A stretch of 64,000 nucleotides of DNA from an uncultured Verrucomicrobiae bacterium. GTDB taxonomy: Bacteria; Verrucomicrobiota; Verrucomicrobiia; Opitutales; JABDGR01. Under the pieces are notes generated by a model. That model saw only the letters and a program-made list of their open reading frames with translations. It was not told where the DNA came from and searched no databases. The stretch lies in the NCBI GenBank assembly GCA_963765205.1, contig CAVXVB010000002.1, positions 150,635-214,634 of the forward strand. The letters are read 5' to 3'. Position 1 is the stretch's first letter. Each line of letters begins with the position of its first letter. The position numbers and the translations under genes are program-made. Below, piece after piece: positions 52,441-62,387 of the stretch.

Positions 52441-53748
52441 ATGAACACCTCCGCCCATACGTCCTCCAGCGCCGACCAAATCCTGTCCGGCCAGATGCCG
52501 GAGGACGGCGTGCGCGTGAAAATCGTCGGCGTTGGCGGCGCGGGCACCAACGCGGTGGACCGGCTGCAGCTCGACCATGTCGGCCTGCGGCTGCGCATCG
52601 CCGCGCTGAACACTGACGCGCAGGCGCTCAATTCCTCGCCCGCGCCGGAAAAATTGCTCATTGGACGCGGGCTGACGCGCGGTGTGGGCACGGGCGGCGA
52701 GGCGGACGTCGGCCGCGCGGCCGCCGAGGCCGACCGCGAGCGCATCACCAAAATTTTCCAGGGCATGGACCTGGTGTTTATCGTGGCCGGGCTGGGCGGG
52801 GGCACGGGCAGCGGCGCGGCGCCGGTCATCGCGCAAATCGCCACGCAGGCGGGCGCGCTGGTCGTCGCCTTCGTCATGCTGCCGTTCACCAACGAGGGCG
52901 GCCGCCGCCGCCAACTCGCCGACCAGGCCCTCGCCGAATTGCGCCAGACCTGCGACGCCGTCATCCCGCTGCCCAACGATCTGCTCCTGCAACACCTGCC
53001 CGACGACGCCACGGTGCTCGACGCCTTCGGCCAGGCCGACGCGTGGATTGGCCGCGCCATCCGCTCCATCTCCGCGATTTTGTTCCACACCGGCCTCATC
53101 AACCTCGACTTCGCCACGCTGCGGCGCACCTTCACGCCCCGCGGCGGCAAGACGCTCTTTGGCCTCGGCCACGGTTCCGGCGAGAATTGCGTGGCCGAGG
53201 CGTTGCACGACCTCATGCTCTGCCCGCTGCTGCACACGCCCGAGTTGTCGCGCCGGGCGGACCGGCTGCTGGTTAACATCGTCGGCGGCCCCGAGCTGAG
53301 CCTGGCGCGCGTCAATGAAATCGTTGCCGTCATCGCCGAAAAATTCGGCAGCCGCGAGCAGACTGTTCTCGGTGCGGTGATTGACGAGCGCTTGATCGGG
53401 AAACTGGAAATTTGCGTCATCGGCATGACGGAAGTGCGGGCCAAAGGCTCGTCGCTGGCCTCGCTGCGCACCGCCCCACCCGGCCTGCGGGCCGACGCGC
53501 CCGCCCCGGCCCCGAACCAGGCCCCGGCGATTTTCGCCCGGCCCCCGGCCGCCGCCGTGGCCGCGCCGCCCGTGCATGAATCCAAGCTGCGCGGGCACAA
53601 GGACGGCGGCGCGCCGCAAAACGAATTTCACTTTGTCGGCGAGGACGAGCAGCGAGGCTATTTCGACCAGACCGAGCGCAACTTCTTTGAAGGCGAAGAC
53701 CTCGACGTGCCCGCCTATTTGCGGCGGGGGATTAAAATTCAGTTGTGA
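52441..53748 (+). CDS. ftsZ: Cell division protein FtsZ (divergent T7 loop)
   Basis: VGVGGAGTN, NTD, GLGGGTGSG, PFTNEG; C-terminal DLDVPAYLRR. Confidence 0.96.
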   Translation: MNTSAHTSSSADQILSGQMPEDGVRVKIVGVGGAGTNAVDRLQLDHVGLRLRIAALNTDAQALNSSPAPEKLLIGRGLTRGVGTGGEADVGRAAAEADRERITKIFQGMDLVFIVAGLGGGTGSGAAPVIAQIATQAGALVVAFVMLPFTNEGGRRRQLADQALAELRQTCDAVIPLPNDLLLQHLPDDATVLDAFGQADAWIGRAIRSISAILFHTGLINLDFATLRRTFTPRGGKTLFGLGHGSGENCVAEALHDLMLCPLLHTPELSRRADRLLVNIVGGPELSLARVNEIVAVIAEKFGSREQTVLGAVIDERLIGKLEICVIGMTEVRAKGSSLASLRTAPPGLRADAPAPAPNQAPAIFARPPAAAVAAPPVHESKLRGHKDGGAPQNEFHFVGEDEQRGYFDQTERNFFEGEDLDVPAYLRRGIKIQL

Positions 53749-53751
53749 GGC

Positions 53752-54801
53752 TCACTTCACCAGCAGCGTCGCCAGCCCCAAGAACAGGCCCATGCTGGCC
53801 ACGTTGGTCGCGGTGGTGAGGAAAATGCTTGAGGCGGTGACGGGGTCGGCGCCGAATCGCTTAAGGATCAGGGGCACAACCGCGCCGCAGACACCGCTGA
53901 TCACGCAACTGCCGACCATGGAGAGGAACACCACGAGGCCGAGCATGGGGGCGGTGGACAAATGATGGACGGAGGCGACCCCATACATGGCCAGCCCCGC
54001 GACCAACCCGATGAGCGTGCCATTCATCAAACCGAGCAGGCCTTCTTTGATGACCTGCGCCTTGATCTTGCCTGTTTTCAGATCACCCAGGATCATTCCG
54101 CGCAGGGTGATCGCCAGCGCCTGGCTGCCGGCGTTGCCCGACTGGTCGGCCAGCACTGGCAGAAAAATGGTGAGAATCAGCAGCCGGTCAATGGTGCCTT
54201 GGAACAAACCGACCACGGCGGCGGCGGCAAAGGAGGTAAGCAGGTTGACCTGCAGCCAGGGCAGCCGGAGCCGCAGGCTTTTTAACCAGGGCGTGGAGGA
54301 ACGGACTTCCTTTTCAACGCCCACCATCGCGCCGGGCTGGGCGGTCAACTCGAACGATCTTTTCTGTTCCGCGACGACGCGCTCGTAGAGATTCTTCGTT
54401 TCCTGATGCAGCAGGCGCACTTCGAGCAGGTTATGAACCCGGAGCAACACCTCGGCCAGGTCGAACGGTTTGCTGACGAAATCTTTCGCCCCGGCTTTCA
54501 GCGCGCGCAGTTTATGCTCCGGTTGGGCCGTCAGCACGATGACCGGCAGATAGCTGTCCTTTTCGATTTCCTTCAACTGTTCCATTACCTGGAATCCGTC
54601 CAGGCTGGGCATCTGCAAATCGAGCAGGATCAAGTCATAATGGTGTTGGCGGTGCAGCGCGCCGACTTGGCCCGAGTCCATTGTGGTCGTGATGGCATCA
54701 TAGCCGGCCCCGCGCAGCATCTGCTCGAGCAGTGCGACATTGGCCTGTTGATCGTCAACAATCAGGATTTTGCCGTGCAGGATGTCCGCTGAACTGATCA
54801 T
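53752..54801 (-). CDS. Response-regulator receiver domain fused to an MgtE-type membrane domain
   Basis: IVDD...LLDLQMP...LTA...SKP receiver; helical linker; RLPWL, PVLADQSGNAGSQALA, ADPVTASSIFLTT MgtE motifs; no CBS domains. Confidence 0.88.
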   Translation of the reverse strand: MISSADILHGKILIVDDQQANVALLEQMLRGAGYDAITTTMDSGQVGALHRQHHYDLILLDLQMPSLDGFQVMEQLKEIEKDSYLPVIVLTAQPEHKLRALKAGAKDFVSKPFDLAEVLLRVHNLLEVRLLHQETKNLYERVVAEQKRSFELTAQPGAMVGVEKEVRSSTPWLKSLRLRLPWLQVNLLTSFAAAAVVGLFQGTIDRLLILTIFLPVLADQSGNAGSQALAITLRGMILGDLKTGKIKAQVIKEGLLGLMNGTLIGLVAGLAMYGVASVHHLSTAPMLGLVVFLSMVGSCVISGVCGAVVPLILKRFGADPVTASSIFLTTATNVASMGLFLGLATLLVK

Positions 54802-54816
54802 GGCCTGGGTCCTGTG

Positions 54817-57366
54817 TTAGACAATCGAGCCATGGGTTTTTTCGGCAAATTCCAGGGCGTCGTTCAAGGTTTCACTGAATTCCCGGACCTTAATGGGTTT
54901 GGTGAGGTAGCGAAAGAATCCGACCTCGAGGCCCACTTCAATGTCGCGCAACATCGCGTTGGCGCTGATGGCCACGACAGGGATGTGGGCCGTCGCCTGG
55001 TCTTCGCGCAGGATTTTCAAGGCGTCAATCCCGCTGATGCCGGGCAGGTTGATGTCCATCAGGATCACGTCGGGCTGGCTGGCGCGGGCCAGCTCGATGC
55101 CGAGGGTGCCGTTCACCGCCGTCAACAGCTTGATGTCTGCGCGCTGCGCGATGAGTTGCTCGACGAGCATCATGTTCGCCGGGTTGTCCTCGATATAGAG
55201 CACGGTGTGCATGCGCGCGTCAATCAGGCCGTGCGGTTGCGCGCCAGTGGCTGGCTCGGTCCTTTCCAGGACCAGGGTGGGCGCCGCGGTCGAGAGCAGT
55301 TCAATCCAGAACACGCTGCCCGCTCCGACGGTGCTTTCCACGCCGAGGACGCCATCCATCAGTTCGGCCAGTTGTTTGGTGACCACCAAGCCGATGCCGG
55401 TGCCCGCGACGCCGCCGGCCTCCTGGCCGAGGCGGTTGAACGGCTGGAAGAGCTGCGCAAGTTTTTCCGGCGCCAGGCCCGCGCCGGTGTCCCGGACGCT
55501 GATGCGCGTTCGATCCGGGACGATCGTGGCGCAGTCCACGACCACCGTGCCTTTCTCCTTATTGTATTTGATCGCGTTGGAGAGCAGGTTGATGACAATT
55601 TGCTTCAAACGCGTGCGGTCGGCCCAGACAAAACTGGGCTGGTCGAACCGGGGAAAAGTCATATGAATCCCGCGCTGTTGCGCCTGCGGCTCCATCATGG
55701 CCTGGCATTCGGACATGACGTCGGTGAGCGACACCGGCTCCAGCGACAGGGAGACTTTGCCGGACTCGATGACCGCGAGGTCCAGGATTTCGTTGATCAG
55801 TTTGAGCAGATGCCAGCCCGCCTGGAGGATCTGGGCGATACGCGCTGTCTGGACGGGCGTGGGCAACGGTGTCGCCGTCTCCATCAATTGCGCGAAGCCG
55901 AGGATTGCATTGAGCGGGCTGCGCAGTTCATGGCTCATGCTCGAGAGGAACCCCGATTTGGCGAGGTTGGCCTTTTCCGCGGTGGACTTGGCGCTCTCCA
56001 GCTCGACGTTGGATTCCTGCAAGGCCTGCTCGAAGCGCTTGCGCTCCGTCACGTCGCGTGCGGCGGCGAACACGCCTTGCAGTCGCCGGTCGCGGTCATA
56101 GAAGGTGGTCGCGTTGTAAGACACCACGGTTTCCTTGTCATCGCGTGCGCGCGCGGTGAGTTCGTAGTCGGTGACCTTTTTCTCGTTTAGCACCAGCTTG
56201 ATGGCGGCTTCGGCCCGCTCCGGGTCGGTGAAATAGTTTTTGAACGGCGCGCCGATCAATTCGTCGCGCGTGCAGCCGGTGAGCGCCTCCATCTGCTTGT
56301 TGACGTCGGTGATGATGCCGAGGGGGTCGGTGGTCATCAGCGCGTCAATGTTGGATTCGATGAGGGAGCGGGTGTAGAACTGCTGGTCGCGCAAGCGCTG
56401 ATCCAGCTTCTTCTGCTCTTCTTCGACCTGTTTGCGCGCGGTGTTATCCGTGCCAATCAACAGGTAGCCGATGATGCCGCCCTCATCTCCGCGCAACGCC
56501 GTGACCGACACGACGGCGGGAAAGCGGCTGCCGTCCTTGCGGATGTAGGTCAATTCGTAGATGTCCTCGATCCCGCGCGAGGCCTTGAAAACCAGCGCCT
56601 CGAAGCCCGGCATGATGGTGGTCGCCAGTTCGACGCTCAACGTTTTGGCCCGCGCAATGAGTTCCTGCGAATCGGAAATATCGGCCGGCGTGATTTTGTT
56701 CAGCACTTCCGCCGCGGTGTAGCCGAGCATGCGTTCGGCGCCGACATTGAACAACTGGATGACGCCCTTTTCATCCGTGGCGATGCTCGAGAAATTGGCG
56801 CTGTTGAAGATGGCGCTCTGCAAGGCCCCGGCCTCGAGCAGCGCCTCTTCCGCGCGCTTGCGGGCGCTGTTGTCGGTGCCGATCAGCAAATAGCCGATGA
56901 TGCCGCCCCGCTCGTCGCGCAGCGCCGTGACCGACACGACGGCGGGAAAGCGGCTGCCGTCCTTGCGGATGTAGGTCAATTCGTAAATGTCCTCGATGCC
57001 GCGCGAGGCTTTAAACACCAGAGCTTCGAAGCCTGGTGCAATCGTGGTCCCCAGTTCAAGGCTCAAGGCGGCGGCGCGCGCGATGACTTCCTGCGGGTCG
57101 GAAATGTCCGCGGGCGTGATTTTGTTCATCACGTCTGCGGCCGTGTAGCCCAGCATGCGCTCGGCGCCGACATTGAAAATCTGAATAACGCCCTTTTCAT
57201 CGGTGGCGATGCTCGAGAAATTGGCGCTGTTGAGAATTGCGTTCTGCAAGGCTCCCGTCTTTAGCACCGCCTCCTGGCGGCGGACTTCCGTGATGACCTC
57301 CACCGTGCCGTCGGCCAGATGTTCGACTTCCGGGGTAAATAATACGGGAATTTTCGTGCGGTTCAT
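54817..57366 (-). CDS. Cytoplasmic hybrid histidine kinase (3 PAS + HisKA + HATPase + receiver)
   Basis: MSHELRSPL H-box, NLLSNAIKY, DTGAG, GTGIGL, YIED...LMDINLP; no TM segments. Confidence 0.95.
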   Translation of the reverse strand: MNRTKIPVLFTPEVEHLADGTVEVITEVRRQEAVLKTGALQNAILNSANFSSIATDEKGVIQIFNVGAERMLGYTAADVMNKITPADISDPQEVIARAAALSLELGTTIAPGFEALVFKASRGIEDIYELTYIRKDGSRFPAVVSVTALRDERGGIIGYLLIGTDNSARKRAEEALLEAGALQSAIFNSANFSSIATDEKGVIQLFNVGAERMLGYTAAEVLNKITPADISDSQELIARAKTLSVELATTIMPGFEALVFKASRGIEDIYELTYIRKDGSRFPAVVSVTALRGDEGGIIGYLLIGTDNTARKQVEEEQKKLDQRLRDQQFYTRSLIESNIDALMTTDPLGIITDVNKQMEALTGCTRDELIGAPFKNYFTDPERAEAAIKLVLNEKKVTDYELTARARDDKETVVSYNATTFYDRDRRLQGVFAAARDVTERKRFEQALQESNVELESAKSTAEKANLAKSGFLSSMSHELRSPLNAILGFAQLMETATPLPTPVQTARIAQILQAGWHLLKLINEILDLAVIESGKVSLSLEPVSLTDVMSECQAMMEPQAQQRGIHMTFPRFDQPSFVWADRTRLKQIVINLLSNAIKYNKEKGTVVVDCATIVPDRTRISVRDTGAGLAPEKLAQLFQPFNRLGQEAGGVAGTGIGLVVTKQLAELMDGVLGVESTVGAGSVFWIELLSTAAPTLVLERTEPATGAQPHGLIDARMHTVLYIEDNPANMMLVEQLIAQRADIKLLTAVNGTLGIELARASQPDVILMDINLPGISGIDALKILREDQATAHIPVVAISANAMLRDIEVGLEVGFFRYLTKPIKVREFSETLNDALEFAEKTHGSIV
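56420..57260 (-). repeat. Intragenic tandem duplication of a PAS module, period 426 bp
   Basis: Near-identical blocks, e.g. GGCGGGAAAGCGGCTGCCGTCCTTGCGGATGTAGGTCAATTCGTA at 56515 and 56941. Boundaries approximate. Confidence 0.9.
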
Positions 57367-57800
57367 GGTGGATGGTTTTCTACGAGTGGAGCGGTCGGAC
57401 GCAAATTTGGGGCAGGCTGGCAACGGCGAACCGATGTACAACCCGCCCAAGCAAACCGTATTTTACGGCACAGGTTGACAATGCCCGAAAACGCCCGCGC
57501 GGGCTATGGGGTGTAACCCTTCTTAAGCGCAGCTCTGCCGAGGGATTCTCTGCTCGCGGCGGATCCCCTCAGCCGCGAGTCGCGCGATGGTCTGGCCGCC
57601 GGAAAACGCAAGAACGAAGCATCAATTATTACTCGCCAGATCCAGACGCAGTTTCGTAGCGCCGCGGTTCGCTCGAATCGCAAAGAAGCGCTGGCTGAAG
57701 CTCAGTGCTACGATACAAGCAATTTTTCAAAACAAACCACCGTGGCACCCTTTGGAGAAGATGCCATTCATAATCCGCCGGGCGGTCCCGCCACCGTGAT

Positions 57801-59198
57801 TTAGGTCAGGGACAATTTGCCGGTGCTGTCACCGAGCTGGTCATCCGAGGCGCCCACATGGTCGAGCATGGAGAGCCAGAGGTTGTTGATGGGCGCGCCT
57901 GCGGCATCCATGTGGCGGCCGGTCTTGATGGCATTACCGCCGGCTTTGCCAAGCAGGATCAGCGGCAGGTCATCGTGGTTGTGGCGGTTGCCGTCACTGA
58001 TGGCGCCACCGTAGGAGATGAGCGAGTTGTCGAGCAGCGAGCCGTTGCCTTCCTTGATCGAGTCCAGCTTGTCCAGCATATAAACGAACTGCTGCAAGTG
58101 GTAAGCATTGATTTTTTGCAGCAGCGCCATTTTTTCCGGGCTGCCCATGTGGTGGGAGGTGCCGTGGTGCGGAACATTGGCGCCGCCCCAGGGGTAGGAC
58201 TGGTTGCTGCCTTCGTCGGCGAAGGGGAAGGTCACGATACGGGTGAGGTCGGCCTGGAAAGCCAGCACCATCATGTCAATCATCAGTTTGATATGCGTGG
58301 GGTATTCGGTGCTCGAAGTGGAAATGCCCACCTTTTGTTCCAGACTCGAATCGTAGGCCGTCGCGGGCCGCACCGCGCCGGCCGGCAGGGGAGGGGGCGG
58401 TTCGTTGGCGGCACGTTGGAGACGGACTTCAATTTCCCGGACAGAGGTCAAATACTGGTCGAGTTTATCCCGGTCCGTGGCGGTGAGGCCTTTTTGGACG
58501 TTGTTGGCGTCATTAAGGACGAAGTCCAGAATGCTTTTGCTGTCTTTTTCGCGCAAGGCCTTGGCTTCGGGTGTTTCGCCCGGATTGCCGTTGGAGAAAA
58601 GGCGGTCAAAGACGGACTGGGGGTCCACGTCCTTGGCCAGCGGGGTGGTGGGATTGCGCCAGGCGAGATTATGCTCGTAAGCCTTGAGATAGTTGTTGTC
58701 TGTCGCCGCCTTTTTGCCGTCCTCGATCCCGATTTCCAGCGAGGGAAACTTGGTGAAATGGCCGATTTTTTGCGCGGCAATCTGGTCGGCGGAAACGCCG
58801 AGATGCATGGGCACCGGCGGCTTCCACGGATGCACACCTGTCAGGTAAGCGGCATTGCCGCGGGCATGGTCGCCGCCCCCTTCGCCGTAGGCGTTGGCCT
58901 TGTCGCAGACGAGGTTGCTGATGACCAGCATGCGGTCGCGGTAAGCCTTCATGACGCTGAGGGTGGGCGTAAGTTCATAATCCGCGCCCAAGGTGGCGGG
59001 GGTCCAGTTCTGCATGTCAATGCCGTTAGGGACGTAGATCCAGGCCAGGCGCTTGGGGCCCGCGGCGGCCTTGGCGACGGCGGTGTCGGAGATGGCGGCA
59101 AAGGAGCGGCAGGGCAGGAGGGATTCGAGAAAGGGCAGCGCCATGGCGGTGCCCAGCCCACGCAATACTTTCCGACGGCTGATGGTGTGTGTGATCAT
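57801..59198 (-). CDS. DUF1552 (HXXSHH) domain protein
   Basis: ISRRKVLRGLG leader, YVPNG, SADQIAA, VFDRLF, HHGTSHH, GNRHNHDDLP. Confidence 0.92.
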   Translation of the reverse strand: MITHTISRRKVLRGLGTAMALPFLESLLPCRSFAAISDTAVAKAAAGPKRLAWIYVPNGIDMQNWTPATLGADYELTPTLSVMKAYRDRMLVISNLVCDKANAYGEGGGDHARGNAAYLTGVHPWKPPVPMHLGVSADQIAAQKIGHFTKFPSLEIGIEDGKKAATDNNYLKAYEHNLAWRNPTTPLAKDVDPQSVFDRLFSNGNPGETPEAKALREKDSKSILDFVLNDANNVQKGLTATDRDKLDQYLTSVREIEVRLQRAANEPPPPLPAGAVRPATAYDSSLEQKVGISTSSTEYPTHIKLMIDMMVLAFQADLTRIVTFPFADEGSNQSYPWGGANVPHHGTSHHMGSPEKMALLQKINAYHLQQFVYMLDKLDSIKEGNGSLLDNSLISYGGAISDGNRHNHDDLPLILLGKAGGNAIKTGRHMDAAGAPINNLWLSMLDHVGASDDQLGDSTGKLSLT

Positions 59199-62121
59199 GA
59201 TTGGTTGTCTCCGGTTGATGATTTTTCTCCTGGTGGATTGCCGCGTCTTTGAAGGAAGGCATCGCTGTGGACGATGGCATGAATCAACGCGGAAAATTTA
59301 TCACCGTTCTTGTGCATGGTCGAGACGATATCGTTGGTGGTGCGGACGTCAAACGGCTCGACATTGCGCCCGAGGGCGTAGGTCAGCATTTTGGTGGCCA
59401 GGCAGCGGCAAAACTGATCTTTGGAGGCCAGCAGGGTTTGTTCCAATTCCTTGGCGCCGTTAAAAGTGGTTCCATCGGGCAGGTGGCCGGAGGCGTCAAT
59501 GGGATCATTATTGATGTCCTTGGTGCGCCAGGCGCCCGTGACATCAAAGTTTTCGAGGCTGAAGCCAATGGCATCCATGCGCTCATGGCAGGAGGCGCAC
59601 ACGGGATTGGTCCGATGTTGCTCCATTTGCTGGCGCAGCGTGCCCTTGAGTTGTTTTTCGTCGTCGAGGGCGGGAACGTTAGGGGGGGGCGGGGGGGGGC
59701 GGAGTCCAGTAGGTTCTCCAGCACCCATTTGCCGCGCTGCACCGGGGAGGTGCGCGTGTTGTAGGACGTGATGGCGAGGATGCTGGCCTGGGTGATCAGG
59801 CCGCCGCGCGGGGAGTTTTTCGGGAAGGTAACCCGTTGGAACGCATCGGTGAAATTGCCCTCCAGGCCGTAGAGCTTGGCCAGTGGCGCGTTGACAAAGC
59901 TGTAATCGGCATCAATGAAATCAAGCACGCTGCGGTCTTCATCCTTGATGCTGGAGAAAAACATCTGTGTTTCCGTCAGCATCGCCGTCTTTAGTTCAGG
60001 GGTGAAATTGGGAAATTTATCGGAGTCGGGATTGACGTCCTCCACTTTGCGCAATTGCAGCCACTGACCGGCAAAATTGTTCACGAGGGCCTCGGCCTTC
60101 GGATCCTTGAGCATGCGCGTGACCTGCTCGTCAAGATGGGCATGCAACTGGCCTTTGGCGGCCAGGGCGAACAACTCGTCGTCGGGCATGGTGCTCCACA
60201 GGAAATAGGACAGACGGGAGGCCAGCTCGTAGTCGTTGAGGGTGTGAATGTTATTCGGCTCGCCCGGCTGCGGGTCTTGCTCAATGCGGAACAGGAAATT
60301 GGGGTTGAGCAGCACCGCTTGCAGCGCAACAGTCACGCTTTTTTCAAAAGGACGGTCGGGGGTGTCCACGGAAGTAAAGAGGCCCATGAATTTGTTCACC
60401 TCGTCATCGGTGGCGGGCCGGCGGTAGGCGCGGGTGACAAAGTTGCGGATGATTTTTTCCGCCGCCTGGGTCCTGGTCAAAGTATTGGAGGGGTGCGCGA
60501 CCATCACGCTCTGGTAGCTCTTGGGCATGCGCTCGGGCATCTCGGTGGCGTTGGTGAACTGGGGGCCTTCCACTTTGAGGCTAAGGACGCCGAGGATGGT
60601 CGCGCCGGGGACGACGGGCGTGGGCCCCGGGGGGGGGCCTCCACGACGGCCAGCACCCGCGCCGGCAAAATTTCGACCGGCGGTGCCCCGGGCACCGGCT
60701 GGAGCAGCCGATGAGGCGGCGGCGGGCGCAGCAGCCGGAGCGGCACTGGCCGCAGCATCGCTGCCACCGGCAGAGGCGGCGGGATCGGCAGCGGCAATGG
60801 CACCGGCAGGAGCGGAGGACGAGATGGAAGCAGGCGCGGCGGAGGGTGTAGGAGCCGTTTGGTCAGCGGCCGGACTGGCCGCACTGGGGCTGGGATTAGC
60901 CGCAGCAGTTGCAGCCGCCGTCACGGCGGCATTGTAATCATCAAGTGTGGCACCATTGCGGAAAGCCAAAGTTATGCTATGCGGGCCAGCCGTGACGTGA
61001 ATTTTCGGCGAGGCAACTTCCTGCGGGGCGTTCGCTACGGCCGAGACCTTCAGGGAATACCGGTCGGGATTCTGATCTGCTCCTTGGATGTTGGCATCAA
61101 CCACCGGTATATTGCCATCAAGGTAGAAGAGAACATTAGCGGTAGGCCCGGCGTTGCCACGGCCTCCGCCGTTGCCGCCACCCGCGTAGCCCTTTAGACT
61201 AAAAATGTAATCGCCCTCCACGGGAAAATTGTAATTCACATAAATGTAGCCGGATCGTTGGAAAACGCGGCCGAGTACCACGGGTGGGCCACCTCGGCCG
61301 CCGCGCCCGGCACCGGCATTCTGACCGGCATTCTGGCTGGCCGCAGCCAACGCCGCCGCTGCGGGCACGGGCGGAGCCGCCGGGGCCGGATTGGTTTTGG
61401 GAATGTCCCCTTCGAGGGCTGTGGCGTCAAATACTTTGCTCGGGGGCGGCACCGTCGGGTCGGTGAACACGGCGGCATCCAAGGATACCTCGGCGGCTTT
61501 GATATATTTCTCGAACAGCACGGGTGCAATGTTCAGCGCGTCACCATTGTTGTCGAAACCATCGCCGGCGTCATCCGCCGGGAAGCTGTCCGCGGGATGC
61601 AGGTCAATGGCGAGCAAATCGCGGACGGTATTGTCGTATTCGACGCGGTTGAGGCGGTGGATGGTGACGCGGCCCGGGTCAATGGGTCCGCTGGCATAAT
61701 AGCTGGTTGTGTATTTATCCATCCAGGCGACGACCGTGTGATACTCGTCTTCCGTGGGCCGCTTCTCTTCCTTGGGCGGCATTTTGCGGGTGTTAAGCAT
61801 CTCCATCGCCTTCGCGATGGTGGGGACGCCTTTGGCCAGCGAGGCATCATCGTGGAACGTATCCAAGCGCACATCCCCTTCGGTGTCATCGGGGCCATGG
61901 CATTCGTAACAATGCGCGGCCAGAAAGGGCTGAACAGTCTGCTGGAATTCCGCAAAAGTGGGGATCGCGGGTTGCGGCGGCGGGGTCTGCGCCAGCTTGG
62001 GATTCGAGCACGCCAGCAGCACCAAGGCGGTAAGACTCGAGGCAATGCTGATCCGTTGGAAGGGCCGTTGGGAAAAGCCGGCCGGTTCCTTTGCTTGGTG
62101 GGGTTTACCAAGGTGAAACAT
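59195..62121 (-). CDS. DUF1592/DUF1588/DUF1595-type PVC cytochrome c protein (homopolymer frameshift at 59682-59699)
   Basis: CYECH and CASCH heme motifs, RLNRVEYDNTVRDL, RAYRRP, ELASRLSYFLW, TSPVQRGKWV, TYALGR. Confidence 0.9.
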
Positions 62122-62387
62122 AAATATCGCGACAGGGTTAACTAGGGGGCATAGGCTGGCAAACCATTAATGCAAATATTCAGATAGTTTACAAGCCTGA
62201 TTGTGGTTGCTAATAGGCGTCATCCAGCCGACTAAAAAAAGCAAAAAATTTTCGACTACACCAGCGCCTTAGGCCCAACTGGTTCTGCTTCGAAAATATC
62301 TTGCGTTTCTTATCTGGCAGGATTGCGATATAGCCCACAACGGCTTCAACCCCAATAAACGGGAACAGTTTCAGTTCTTTCCACCCC

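Noticed and set aside
57480-57800. Possible ncRNA or riboswitch upstream of the kinase
   Set aside because: Only loose GC-rich stems and a REP-like inverted pair; no recognisable riboswitch consensus (including M-box) by eye. An Rfam/Infernal scan would settle it.
7423-59700. Frameshifts in cdsA, cysS, rsmH, ftsL, ftsI and the DUF1592 gene as true pseudogenes or programmed recoding
   Set aside because: Several are essential, both halves are intact, and each is fixed by one base at a homopolymer or codon third position; assembly artefact is far more likely.
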